Origin: Azolla caroliniana
Taxonomy: Eukaryota > Plantae > Polypodiophyta
Assembly (NCBI GenBank): GCA_043228905.1
Contig: JBHGNT010000002.1
Span: forward strand, 18,414,001 to 18,478,000
Reading direction: 5' to 3'
DNA length: 64,000 nucleotides
The notes under the pieces are model-generated. The model searched no databases. It was not told where the DNA came from and saw only the letters and a program-made list of their open reading frames with translations. This document shows positions 14,051 to 27,282 of the stretch, piece after piece; positions within the stretch are counted from its first letter, which is position 1; every line of letters begins with the position of its first letter. Position numbers and translations under genes: made by a program.

Positions 14051-14717
14051 CGTGTCACTCTCTTTCTCTTTCTCGACTAATTTGCGAACTTTTCGTTCTT
14101 GTTACATTATTGTCCATGACAGGTAATTGTCAACCCTTTTTTGTTAGCGAAACGAGAGGAGAATGGGTGTTAATCTAACCCCAAGTGTATTTAAAAAACT
14201 ACTTAATTCTTATTAGCAAACTCCACTAATCACTCATTATGCATAGCTTGAATAAACTTTAACACTTTATCTTTGTAACAAACTTAGGAAACATTTAGAA
14301 ATAGTAGTAGAAATGTTAGCAACCAAATCTTGTATTCCTTGATTGTTCATATAGGTAGCTTGAATATATACACATGTAGTTAGCTTGAATTTAATAGGCT
14401 CAACTCCAATGAAGATCAAATTATGATACAAAAAACTAAAAGTCAGAGATAAGATATTAGGAAACTCTACTTGAAAAAGGAGGATAACTACTTTCTCTAA
14501 ACTTTAGAGACTTAGATCTAGCCTAAACAAGAAGAAGTATAATCTTTCTTGAGTTGCTTTTATACTTCTTCTTTTGCATATATGGGTTATTACATTTCTA
14601 TTCCTCATGAGGCTATGCTTTTAAATTCCATGCATAGTGTTTGTTCCCTTGATCTTGTGATACCGTTTTGTAACATCCCCTCATCCAACCTAATAAGTGC
14701 ACATTCTTGGGTGCACC

Positions 14718-15286
14718 TAGCAATGGGCATGGTTCGGTTTGGTTTCAAGGCAACGACCAAAAACAAAAACCAAACCAAACCGTTTATGAACTCTTAAGTA
14801 TTTAAACCAAACCATTTAAGAAAAAGTAAACCAAACCATTTAAACCCAAACTGTTGAGGGAAAAGTTGAAACCAAATCGAACCATTTAATAAAAAATTAA
14901 ACCTAACCATTTAAGTCAAACTAATTAAACATTTAAATAAACAAAAATACATTAAATTAAATAAGCATTTAAGTTAAATTTATTAAATCAATAAAAGAAA
15001 CTTTAATCGAACCATTAAATTAAATAAAAATTTAAGTTAAATTAATTAAATCAATAAAAAACCATTAAATTAATAAACTATTAAGGTAAAAAAAAAGTTA
15101 ACCAAAAGCTTATAAACCTTTAAACCAAACCTATAAACCTATAAACCCAAGTTTTGGAACCGAAATCGAACCGTTTATCGAAAATACAAACCGAGGCAAA
15201 CCATTAATTTTCTTTAGGACTAATAAATTGTTAAACCATGGCTTAATGGTTCGATTCGGTTTGAGCTGAAACCGTGCCCATTGTTA
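14718..15286. mobile_element. hAT-type MITE
   Basis: TIR TAGCAATGGGCATGGTT / AACCGTGCCCATTGTTA; imperfect 8-bp TSD GGTGCACC / AGTGCACT; many AAACC(A/G) subterminal motifs; AT-rich core. Confidence 0.8.
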
Positions 15287-15559
15287 AGTGCACTCACAAA
15301 GGTGGTGAGTTTTTTATCGACATTCTAGTGATGTACTTAATGAGCAAAATGTGAGTGTGGGAATGGTACCAGGGTATCACCAATGCACTTAGTTGTTAAA
15401 GGACATATGCATACTCGTTTTGTTGATCAAGATGAATAAAAGAAGTTTGAAGTTTTGATTTGTGTAGAGCTAGAAGAAGGGTATCTATTGAATGAATTAT
15501 GAGAAGGGTTGGATAAATAATGTGTCTACCATCGTTTCAAAATCACAGAGGTAGGAAGA

Positions 15560-17230
15560 TTGGGGAATTCGGGCTCAACTCCATATATTAGTCAATTTGG
15601 TACCGACCAATGTAATCGAAAGCAGAACAAAATTATTCAACAACGGAAAGGGAGGCCTTGGGGATGGTGTACATTGTGAATAAGTACCGATATTACTTGG
15701 TGGGCTGGAAATTCTTGTTTCAAGTGGATCATTCGGCATTAATATACTTGTTGTCAAAGGCCACGTTAACAGGCAAGTTGGCCAGGTGGACTCTCTTGTT
15801 ACAGGACTTTGAATTCGATATCTACCATCGGCCGGGTGTGCAGCATGCCGTCGTAGATTATTTAAGCCGACTCGAATCCGACGAAGAAGGTGATGGTGTA
15901 TGGGATGATTTTCCGGACGGACAGTTGTTTACCGTTGAGGAAGTAGATCCGGCCGATCCAACGGAATCATCGGAGGACCAGTGGATACTTGAGATGGCCC
16001 ATTTTCAGAGTACTGAGCTGCCATCAGAATGCATGGATCACGATGAACGGAAATGGTTGGCAGTCTGAAGCCGACATTTCAACACCTTATACCACAAAGG
16101 AGCCGATGGAATTTTGTGAAGGGCAGTTCGAAATGACGAAAATGTTGTGGTGTTACGAGAGGTTCATTGTGAAGTACCCAATGACCACTATGCAGGAGAG
16201 GAGAGGAAACAGAAAATTTGGCGTAATGGACTATGGTGGCCCACCACTCTTATAGACTCGATTAAATATTGTAAGGAATGCGACTTGTACCAGTAGATGG
16301 ATCAACCGACGGAGAAGGCCAAGATGCCACATCAACCAATACTACTATTGGAGCCATTCCAGAAGTGGGGCATCGAATTTCTTGGGCTGTTCAAGCCAGC
16401 AACGACATGAACCAGGAATCGCTATATCATAGTGTTTATAGACAATTGCACCAAATGGGTCGAGGCAAAGACACTATGGGATAATACGGCAGAATCCATA
16501 GCAAAAGTTTTATACGAAAATATTTGGTGCTAGTTCGAATACCTGATCGAGCTAGTCAATGGTCAAGGCACGCACTTCATCAATCATGTGGTGGAAAGCT
16601 TGATGCGATATTATGCCTTAGTACATAAAAAGAGTACTCCATACTACCCCCAAGCCAACGGGCTGACGGAATCCACGAACAAAACATTGGAGAATATTTT
16701 AAAGAAAAATGTGAATGAAAACTAGACCAACTAGAACACCAACCTACAAAGCGCGTTGTGGGCATATAGGACCAGCTATAAGATGAGTATCCAGTCAACC
16801 CCATTCTAAATGGCGTTCGGACACGAGGTAGTGATATCAATCAAAGTTTAGGTTCCAAGCCTCTGAGTATAGGTACACAAGCGACTGAGCGAACTCGAGT
16901 CGGAACATATCCGGCTAGAGAAATTGTTGGTGCTAGAAGAGGAGTGACTGTAGAGCATGTTGCAGCTTGAAATGGATCAGCGCCATAGGAAAGCATTCGT
17001 ATACATGCATTGGAAAGGAAATGAGCAATTGTTCGAAGTCGGGAAGCTGGTATTGGTATTCCAAACCTGGTTGGGGCTGATGCTGACAAATTAAGGTTTC
17101 AATGGACGGTCAATCCATTTAAATATCGTGAGAAAGACAATTGGAAAGAAGAGGCGACTAGTATGGAGACGAACCAGAATTTGGCAGGTATTGGAGAACA
17201 TACCGGACCGGGAAGTGACCGAAGTTTGAC
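15560..17230 (+). pseudogene. Decayed Ty3/gypsy RNase H-integrase fragment
   Basis: GMVYIVNKYRYYLVG...VDHSALIYL...KLARWTLLLQDFEFDIYHRPG...VDYLSRL, followed by integrase remnants in shifting frames (WWPT, EPFQKWGIEF, YPQANG). Confidence 0.8.
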
Positions 17231-17242
17231 GCAAGTACAATG

Positions 17243-17978
17243 GTGAAGTTCGTGACGGGAACTCAACGCTCCTTATTCGCAACGCTCGGCCACAACCGAG
17301 CTTAGAATGATACACAAAAAAACGGGAAATAAAACACGCGACACAAAGGAGAGAAAAGGTACACTGAATGTTTACGTGGAAAAACCCAAAGAGGGAAAAA
17401 ACCACGGCAGCCCACAGGCTGCAAACTATCACTATGTTGGAATGTACAAAACAGTGAGTTCACGGAGGCAACGACCTCGTACTCACGATCTTCACCACAG
17501 GCGGCGGTTACAACAGAGGCAATGACCTCTTTCTCTCTCTCTCTCTCTCTCTCTGTACACTATTACGTGTTCTCTCTTCTTCTTGCACCAACAAGAAAAA
17601 ATGACAACAACCACACAAAAGTTTGCCCTAAGTCATATTTATACTAATATGAATTTTAGGCTATTTACAAATATAGCCTCTATGGGCTCTCAAAAACATA
17701 TTTACGAATATGTCTCTTCGTCCGGTTCTCACCGGGTCTGTACCATCCGGTTCTCCGTAACCAAGTACTCCTCATCCGGTCTTCACCGGGTCTGTATCAT
17801 CCGGCTCTCCGTAGCCGGGTACTCCTCATCCGGTCTTTACCGGGTCTGTATCATCCGGCTCTCCGTAGCCGGGTCCACCTCATACGGTTTGTTCCTCGGC
17901 ATTGTTCTTCCCCTTCCCATCCGGAGGAACCTGTCTCCCAACAGTTCGGTGCAAGGACACAAATGTAAATATGTAGAT
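17243..17978 (-). repeat. Copia-type LTR (partial or solo), host of the 17979 insertion
   Basis: TTTACGTGGAAAAACCC...GGGAAAAAACCACGG motif shared with the copia LTR at 46252; contains a 54-bp tandem repeat x3 (about 17718-17885); ends uncertain. Confidence 0.55.
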
Positions 17979-20900
17979 TGTCACGGACAAGCATAATAGA
18001 GCAGAACGAAGACAAGACTAGAAAACAAGATAGAGGAAAAGAACACAAACTCAATTGATAGAATCTATAACTAGTGTTGTTCACCTTGATTAGAATCAAG
18101 GTGCACTTGAGTATTTATACAAGAAGGTAGGGCTATGTAAGCCAACTAGAAATAGAGTATGCATGAGAATGCATGAGAATGTGTGCAAGCTAGAAATGAG
18201 GATGCATGCAAGCTGGGAACTTCCAATGTTCAATCTACACTACATGAAGTTCGATTGGTATAAGGATTCATATGTAGCTCAATTGGTAGGGTTGCCCAAT
18301 AGAGACCATGAGGTCTTGGGTCCAATCCCTACCTTCCTCCGTGGAAAACGACCAAGTTTGGCTACAGTAGGAGCCATGCCGCTGGACGTTTCCCATTACT
18401 CACCTTCTTCATGCTCCTACAAGTCCGTTCCGCTATTAGGAGGGTTTTCTTTGCAAGTTAGTCTTTGTTTTGGTTCGACTTCAATACATTCTCATGCCTT
18501 GCTCGACTCCGGAGCATCTACTTGCTTTATCGATAAATCGTTTGTCCACGCACATAATATCCTCACCGTCCGCACATCACAACCCATATTCGTTGAAGCG
18601 ATCGACGGTCGGGTTCTTTCTTCGGGGGCGGTTACCGAAGCCACTATCCCATTGGTACCTCAAGTCGGGGTGCACTAGGAGGAACTCACGTTCTACCTCA
18701 TCGCAACCCCCCAACATCCGATTGTGTTGGTTGGAGACACACAATCCGACGGTGGATTGGTGTTACCGCTCCATGACTTTTCCAGTAAGGCCAATTCCTG
18801 CTAGGTCACAACACTCTCTTGATTCCATTGCGGTTGAGTCTGGTTTGGTCACTACACTGGCCGTTGTGTCGGGGGATGTCACCATTCCTGTCAACAATTT
18901 ACCCGTCCGGTATAGCGACTTTTTCGACATCTTCGAAAAGCGGAATGCTGATCTCTTACCGGCTCATCGCCCCTACGATTGCACAATCGAACTCCAAGCT
19001 AGTGAGCATCCCCCATTTGGTCCTACCTATGAGTTATTTGAACCCGAACTTGAGGCTCTCCGCACATATCTGGTTGAGAATCTCGTGAAGGGCTTCATTC
19101 AACCGACTGGGGCACCAATATTTGGTTGAGAATCACCGACTGGGGCACCAATATTTTTGTCAAAAAGAAGGATGACTCCTTACGCTTATGTGTGGATTAT
19201 CGGGGTCTCATCAAAGGTACGATGTGTAATCATTACACCTTGCCCTTAATTCCAGTGCTCCTTGATCGACTCCTAACTGGGCATATCTTCTCCAAAATCG
19301 ACCTTCGGGGCGCCTAGAATTTGGTGCGCATCAAGCCCGGGGATGAGTGGAAAATGGCTTTTCGAACGCGCTATGGACATTTTGAGTACAAAGTGATGCC
19401 ATTCGGCCTTACCAATGCTCCTGCCGTCTTCTAGCACATGATGAACGATATTTTTCGAGAGTATCTTGATCATTTCTTGGTCTCTACCTTGACGACATCC
19501 TAGATTTTTCTTCCAACTGGGAGGAGCACACACACCATGTCCAACTGGTTCTCACCAAACTCTGGGAAAAATGGCTCTTCGCCAAAAGTGAGAAATGCGA
19601 ATTTGATCAGGCCTCTGTTGAATTCTTTGGTTACATGATCTCACCTATCAGGATCACAATGGATGAACGCAAGGTAGCGGCAATCACTGTTTGGCCTCTC
19701 TCACCTCGGCTGAAAGAAGTACAATCGTTTCTTGGTTTTGAATATGGACATTTCGAGTACAAAGTGATGCCATTCGGCCTTACCTACGCTCTTGCCATCT
19801 TCCAACACATGATGAACGATATTTTCAAGAGTATCTCGATCATTTATTGGTCATCTACCTTGACGACATCCTAGTTTTTTCTTCCAACTGGGAGGAGCAC
19901 ACACACCATGTCCAGTTGGTTTTCGCAAAACTCCGGGAAAAATGGCTCTTCGCCAAAAGTGAGAAATGCAAATTTGATCAGGCCTCTGTTGAATTCTTGG
20001 GTTACATTATCTCACCTATCGGGATCACAATGGATGAATGCAAGGTAGTGGCAATCACTGATTGGCCTCTCTCACCTCGATTGAAAGAGGTACAATTGTT
20101 TCTTGGTTTTGAAATTTTTTATAGACAATTTATAGAGGGGTTGTCTTCCCTAGTCCAACCTCTTATCCAGCTTACCCAAAAAGATATTGTATTTCTTTGG
20201 ACCCTTGTGGCACACAATGCTTTTAATGCCCTCAAAGCAGCTTTTCTCTCCGCCCCCGTGTTAGTCCACCCCGACCCCACCCGCCCTTTCCAGGTAGAAA
20301 CCAACGCCTCCGACTTTGCCATAGGCGTGGTCTTGTCTCAGCCCAATGATGATGGCACCCTACATCCGGTTGTCTTCTACTCTCAAAAGTTTACAACCCT
20401 GGAAATCAATTATCCGGGCTACGCCAAGGAGCTTGCCGCTATCATCTCGGCCTTCGCCGAATGGAGACCCTATCTAGTTAGGGCCCAACATCGTATTCAG
20501 GTGCTGACCAACCACAAGAATCTCATCTACTTCACCACCACTTGTACGTTGAATCAGAGGTAGGCTCGCTCGTCATCTTTTCTCATCGACTACGTTCAAT
20601 ATGGGAAAGCAGATGCTCTCTCTCGGCGACTCGACTTTGCACTACGCCCAGGTGAACAAACTATCATGGATAGGTATATAATAGAGCAACACGAAGACAA
20701 GTCTAGAAAACAAGAGAGAGAAAAAGAACAAGAACTCAACTGATAGAATCCGTAACTAGTGTTGTTCACCTTGATTAGAATCAAGGTGCGCCTGAGTATT
20801 TATACAAGAAGGTAGGGCTATGTAAGCCAACTAGAAATAGAGTATGCATGAGGATGCATGCAATAGAGAATGCATGAGGATGCATGGAATAGAGAATGCA

Positions 20901-21087
20901 TGAGAATGTGTGCAAGCTAGAAATGAGGATGCATGCAAGCTAGGAACTTCCAATGTTCAATCTACACTACATGAAGTTGGATTTGGTACAAGGATTCATA
21001 TGTAGCTCAATTGGTAGGGTTGCCCAATAGAGACCATGAGGTCTTGGGTTCAATCCCTACCTTCTTTCGTGGCATATGTATATGATA
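17979..21087. mobile_element. Rearranged chromovirus: two minus-oriented LTRs (17979-18343, 20662-21087) flanking a plus-oriented protease-RT-RNase H region
   Basis: LTRs are reverse complements of 3453-3861; interior on + encodes [30 protein letters not shown] and ETNASDFAIG; flanks TAGAT / TAAAT. Confidence 0.8.
21003..21062 (+). other. tRNA-like Pol III A/B-box module in a chromovirus LTR (copies at 18275-18335 + and 3484-3529 -)
   Basis: TAGCTCAATTGGTAG...AGGTCTTGGGTTCAATCCC with tRNA-like T8-to-G53 spacing. Confidence 0.7.
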
Positions 21088-21279
21088 TAAATAATAACTA
21101 GAAGAAGAAGAAGAGAGAAGTTACCCACGTAACGTCATCATGATGGTCCCATAATTAGTCACAAAACGACATAATAACTTCATAAATAGCCATGAGTCAC
21201 AAAACGACATAATAACTTCATAAATAGCCATGATGTACAAGGACGACGGGGTGCACGCCAATCGATATCCGCGTGGATG

Positions 21280-23266
21280 TGTCGGAACGAGGCGGGTCCG
21301 CTGGTTTCTCGGACCAAGGAGTAAATAAGGGAAGAGAGGTTGTCCGGATCTTCTCCGGATCTCAGTCTGGACACGTATCTAATCCAAACTAATTTCCGGA
21401 TGTCGGAGGGTGAGTGCACGGGCTCAAGGATGTGTATTGTTCCGTACTTGTTGCTGGGTAGCAAGCGCTCATTGGGTATGGACAACAAACAAGAAGGAAC
21501 AGAGATAGGAGCATGGGAAGAGATAGAAATCGGAAAAACAATGAGGTAGTCTATTAATCTAAAATAAGAGGATTCCAACCGGACTCGTTCAACAACAGCA
21601 TGGGAAGAGATAGAAATCGGAAAAACAATGAGGTAGTCTATTAATCTAAAATAAGAGGATTCCAACCGGACTCGTTCAACAACATAGCTTCGAGCTCCCT
21701 CCACTCACACATAGAACACATAGACGCTAGTGAGCTTCCAATTGGGAGCACACGGGCTACAAACGCGAAACGGAGGCCTCATAGCAAAATGACAAAAAAC
21801 AGAGAATAGGAAAACAGGAATCAGTAGAGCTCAGTTCGGTAGCACTTTGTTCTCCAAAATCGTGGATACCTTCAACAGCTCAAAGCTTCTCCTTTTATAG
21901 CACAAAAGGAGGCCGTTACATCATGCTTAATGATAGTCGTTGCTGTCAGCGATTCTTCCTCGATTCTCTCTCTCATCATATCCTTTTTATTCCTCACTTC
22001 TATGAGACATTAAAGTAGCCATTAACTGCCCTACCTAGTACTTATAAACCCCATGTTATGTACAATGTTTTATGTACATCTAAGGCCTAGTTCATGTGCA
22101 TCCTTGCACTCCCACGTTTGGGACGCTTCCGGCTCCCTTTTCTTCTATGGCCGATATCCTTCACGACATCCAGCCCCACCAAACAACACATCCTCCGGCA
22201 TGTGCCAAGTAGTGAAGCGGTGGGGATTCTAGCTCAGTCTTCACTCGTCCTCTCCCGAACCATCGCCGATTCGGTCCTCATCCGACTCCTCGTCCTCATC
22301 GACACTTCCAACCCCTACCTTTGGATTTGGTTCCACTTCGTGTCGCATCTTGGAGGCCTTTATCCACTTTCCCGTAACCGGTATCGCTATCCTCGTCCCG
22401 TTGAGCCCCACGAGGTGATAGGTTGCATTGTCGTTGGCACTCATCACCACATACGGCTCGAACCACTACCTCACAAATTTTCGGGTTGACCTGTGCTTGT
22501 TGTCAAGGCTATTGTCATAGACGAGCACCCGGTCACCTTCATAGATCTTCTTTGGCCGGAGTCGGTGTGTCAGTCGCATCGTCCTTTCTTCTTCTTCCTC
22601 ACCTCTTCCACCCTCGTTGTCGTTCGTTCCATGTCCTCCGGCCTCCGCTTGAGCTCTCAGATCTGTGCCGTCAGCAGCTCCTCCCGGCTCATCTCGTCTG
22701 ACCACTCGACCAACATCCATGATGCTATCATTGTTTCCATCGGCATAATCGGCTTTTGTCCGAACATTAATTTGGCAGGCATGTATCCAGTCACCGAACT
22801 GTGCGTGGTCCGGTTGGCCCACAACGCATATGGGAGCCTTGGCCAATTTTTGACTCGTCCGTTGCATGCTCACACTATCGCCTTGATGATTGGTCCATGC
22901 CCTCTTTCTACCTTTCCGTTGGCCTCCGGATCGTATGTTGTCGTGAGGGAAAGCTTGACCCCTAGTCGGTCGAACAACTCCTCCATTTCCTGCTCGTCCA
23001 ACTCTCCTTGGTCAGCCACTATCTTCCTGATGCATCCATACCGGCAGATCACACCTTCGATTAGGAACTGTCATAGTGCTGCAGTTGCCCTGTTCGTTAA
23101 GGCCCGTCCCTGCACCTGGTTCGTCAGGTCTTCTCTTGCAAGCACCAGGTACCACATCTGCCCCAACCCCATCGGCATTGTGACTAAATCGACAATCCAC
23201 TTGAAGTGAATGGTGTTGGCATAAAAGGCCGACTCCTTCCAAGTTGTATCCGTCCGAGTGTGAACA
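21280..23266 (-). mobile_element. Ty3/gypsy 3' part: integrase remnant and 3' LTR (21280-22168)
   Basis: ICRYGCIRKIVADQGELD...YDPEANGKVERGHGPI, homologous to ORF 30501; LTR with TGTCG...CGACA ends, a TATA box near 21895 and an 87-bp tandem duplication (about 21510-21683). Confidence 0.8.
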
Positions 23267-26200
23267 CGTTAATAAGTTAGGGGTTAGTATATATGCCAAT
23301 ACCTAACATTGTAATGTGAGACGATGACGAGTAGACGATTGTAATCTCTGAGAGAGAGAAATGCGTTGTGCAGAAATAAGAAGCTTTCCATTGAAGCTCG
23401 TAACTGTGTAAGTCTATATCTGCCTTCTCTATTTTCTGTGTGCATGTTGTTTGCTGTTCACAACCATAAGATCTGAACACACAAATCCGCATAACTGTCA
23501 ATATTCAACCACAACTTGTATCAGAGTAGTGTTTTGCTGTGCGGCGGCAATAGATAACAGAAGAAGAAGCTGAAAGAAAAGACCAAGTCAGAAACATCAA
23601 ATCCACAGAAAAAAAATATGGCTTCAACATCCGGAACAAGAGTTGAAATTAGAAAGTTCGACGGCAAAAACTTAGCCCTATGGAAAGAGATGATGCAGAA
23701 TGTGCTGATCATCCGAAGACAAGTTGAAGCCATTCGGCATAACGAAGAGCCTACTTCGATGACAACAGAAGAGTGGAGATCAATGGACGAAATAACACAC
23801 TCCACCATCCAAATGCATTTGGCTGAAAACGTCTATTTCAGCAAGGCAAGAGAGACGACAACGTTCTCATTGTGGGAGAAATTAGAAGCCGTAAATGAGA
23901 AGAAATCCTCATCTTCAAAACTGATATTGATCAAACAATTGTTCAACATGAAGATGAAAGAGACTGATTCGGCAACATCCCACATCAACACCTTCAGCCA
24001 GGTGTTGTCAGAGCTCTCGTCCCAAGGGATTAACGTCGAAGAAGAAATGAAAGCCGTTGCCCTCCTATCGAGCTTGCTGGCGAGTTGGGAGGTATTCTGT
24101 ACGACATACGCCAATAGCCGACCGATCCTGAATTTGGACGAAACAACCGGCCAAGTCCTCATAGAGGACATCAGGTGAAAATCAATGGGACTATCCATCG
24201 ACGAGTTGGCAGAACCCCACCACTCGATCGAGTCGTTCAACCGACAGAGTCGACCAAAAGAACAAGCTGACAGAACCGGTCGACGATATAGTCGATCGAG
24301 AACGAGGGGAGACCGATAGTAGTCGAAGTCGAAAACGGGCCGAACAAGTAAGTACTGCACACACTACAGGAAAGATGGCCATAATGTTTCCGACTGCTGG
24401 TCAATAAAAAGAAAAGAGAGTGGTTGGCGATCTGAGCGGAATCGGGGACGTTCCGACTCGGACCACTCTCCAGTCGGCAACCAGATCAATGTTGCCGACA
24501 CTCGATCCGAAGAAATCCTCTCCCTAGAGGATTCGATGATCGGAGAAGTCCTCTATAGTGCACAAGTTGCGCACACGCGGCTACTAGACTCTGGTGCCAC
24601 ATTTCACGTGACCCCCAATGTTGAATGGTTCTCGAACAATTCAGCCGACGTGGCACAATCTGACTGGGAAACGGGTAGGAGTGCAAGATAGTCGGAACTG
24701 GGGAGGTTCCCATCAGATTGCCAAATGGCAACACAATAACCCTGCACCGAGTTCGGCACGTACCCGATCTAAAGAGGAGTTTGGTCTCCATTGGAATGTT
24801 AGCTGAAGATGGGTATCGAACGACTCTACACGAGTCGACATGGGTGATCAGCCGAGGAAACCTCAAAATCGGGAGTGGGCATAAGTATAATAATCTATAC
24901 CCATTGATGGCGCTCAACCTTGAAGGGGCTGTGAACGTAGCCGAGAAAACCGACCCGAACTTATGGCATGGCCTACTTGGCCACATGTCTGAAGCCGGAC
25001 TTGATCAGTTGATGTCGGTCGGCTACATCCTGAAACTCCAGGCAAAGACAGACTTCTGCGAGCACTGTCGATATGGGAAACAGACCCGAAGTTTGCACTC
25101 TCTCCATTACGAGACTGTACGACAACCCCTAGAGCTCATGCACACAGACATATGTGGGCCCATGCTAGAGCGATCACTAGGAGGTTCCCGATACTTCATC
25201 ACATTCGTAGATGACTGTACACGGAAAGTTTGGGCATACTCCATCAAGTCCAAAGATGAAGCACTCAAGATCTTCACTTGATGGATATCTAAAATGGAGA
25301 ACCGATCAGGACACATAGTGAAGACAATGGAGGTGAATACACCTCCAGAGCCTTCAAAAAATACCTGTCCGAAAAAGGGATCCGGCATCAAAAGACCGTT
25401 CCTTACACACCCATGCAGAATGGGGTGGCTGAACGGATCAACCGAACGATCCAGGAGAGGGTGACAGAAATGCTCCAGCAAGCCGGACTGAAGCTGGAAT
25501 TCTAGGCCGAGGCATTGCATACAACAGTGTACCTGATAAATCTAGTGCCGTCAAGAGCAATCAGGCTCAAAGTGCCACATGTACTATGGTCAGGCAAACA
25601 ACCAACCTACAATAGGCTATGTATATTCAGGTGCGAAGCCTACGGGTTCATCCCTGGGGACAAAAGGACGAAGCTGGCACCCCATGCAAAAAAGTGCATA
25701 TTTCTCGGTTATGGAACCGATGGGGACTTCGACTACCGGCTATGGGATCTTGAGAACCGGAAATTGATCCGGTGCAGCGACGTAGTCTTCAATGAAGACT
25801 CTATCTTCTCTCAGCAAAACCAACAGAAAACAGTTGGTAAGAAGGTATCCTTCGAAGATGACAGCACTGTCGTGGAAGGATCGACCAACCGGGCTGAATC
25901 GGAGACTCGACAAACAGTCGAACTCCAACAAGCTGCCAACTGCCCTGCCGACACCGAATCGGCAACAAGTCCTCTCAGTCGAACTCAAAGACAAAGTCTT
26001 CAAAGACACAACCGAATCAACAAGAGTCGACAAAGGCAAAGTCACTAAGAGGCAAGTCAGAACCGAGTCGACAACAACCACCACAGGGGAGAACAACCAG
26101 ACACCGCCGAAATCTCAAACCAAGGGCAAGACACCTCACAAGAATCTTGACACAACTGGTTCAACAAATACCGATCGTCAATCGGAACCGATCGAAGGAT

Positions 26201-27282
26201 CCGAACCAGATATTACGACACCCAGGAGATTTGGACGGGCTCGAAGGCCAACAGAGTTTTATCAACCGGGCCTCGACTATGTCAACTACACGGATCCAAG
26301 CGAACCAAGCACGTATGACGAAGCTATGGCTGCACTAGGCGCCGAGACATGGCTGCAGGCCATGAAATCCGACATGGACTCAATTCATTAGAATCAGACA
26401 TGGGAGCTGGTCAAACTACCAGCTAGAAGAAAGCCGCTACCTTGCAAATGGGTGTTCCGATACAAGTACGTATCTGACTCAGAGAAACCCAAGTACAAAG
26501 CTCGCCTTGTTGCGAAAGGATTCAAACAGGAATATGGGGTCGACTACGACGATATATTCTCACCAGTAGTCAAGATGACCACCCTCTGACTCCTACTAGG
26601 AGTCATGGCGACAGAAGATCTAGAGCTCAAGCAGATGGACGTAAAAATGACATTCCTACACGGATATCTGGAAAAAGACATATACATGTCTAACTAGCAG
26701 GCTTCACAGCGACGAGGGAGGACAGTCACCTCGTATGCAGACTAAAGAAAAGTCTATATGGCCTCAAACAAGCGCCGAGAATGTGGTACCAGAAGTTTGA
26801 CTCCCACATAAGGCAGCTTGGATACAACCATGCATGTATGTTCGGCAACTGGCCGACGAGTCCAGGATCTATCTGATCCTTTATGTCGACAACATGCTGA
26901 TTGCAAGGAGCAATCAAGCAGAGATTGGAAAGCTCAAGCAGAGCCTTCACACAAAATTCGCAATGAAGGAACTCAGACAAGCCCGACACATACTGGGCAT
27001 GAGGATAGAGCGAAATCGGATGATCGTGAGTCTCTGATTCTCCCAATCTGACTACATCCGCAAGGTGCTAAAGCGCTTCAACATGGAGAATGCGAAGCCA
27101 ACACCGACACCGCTTCCGACTTTGATCAGACTATCGAACAAAGAATCTCTTGCAAATGACAAGGAGAGAGAGCTTAATGGAAGGATACCCTATGCATCGG
27201 CAATAGGAAGTATCATGTACGCAATGGTGGCGACCCGACCCGACCTAGCCTATGCCGTAGGGGTGGTCAGCCGGTACATGTC
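23267..27282 (+). mobile_element. Ty1/copia element A (5' LTR 23267-23513, gag-PR-INT-RT), decayed, 3' end lost
   Basis: PBS TTGTATCAGAG (iMet-like) at 23516; gag RVEIRKFDGKN; LDSGATFH protease; HTDICGP and FVDDCTRKVW integrase; LILYVDNML RT; ends at the copia B insertion. Confidence 0.88.
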
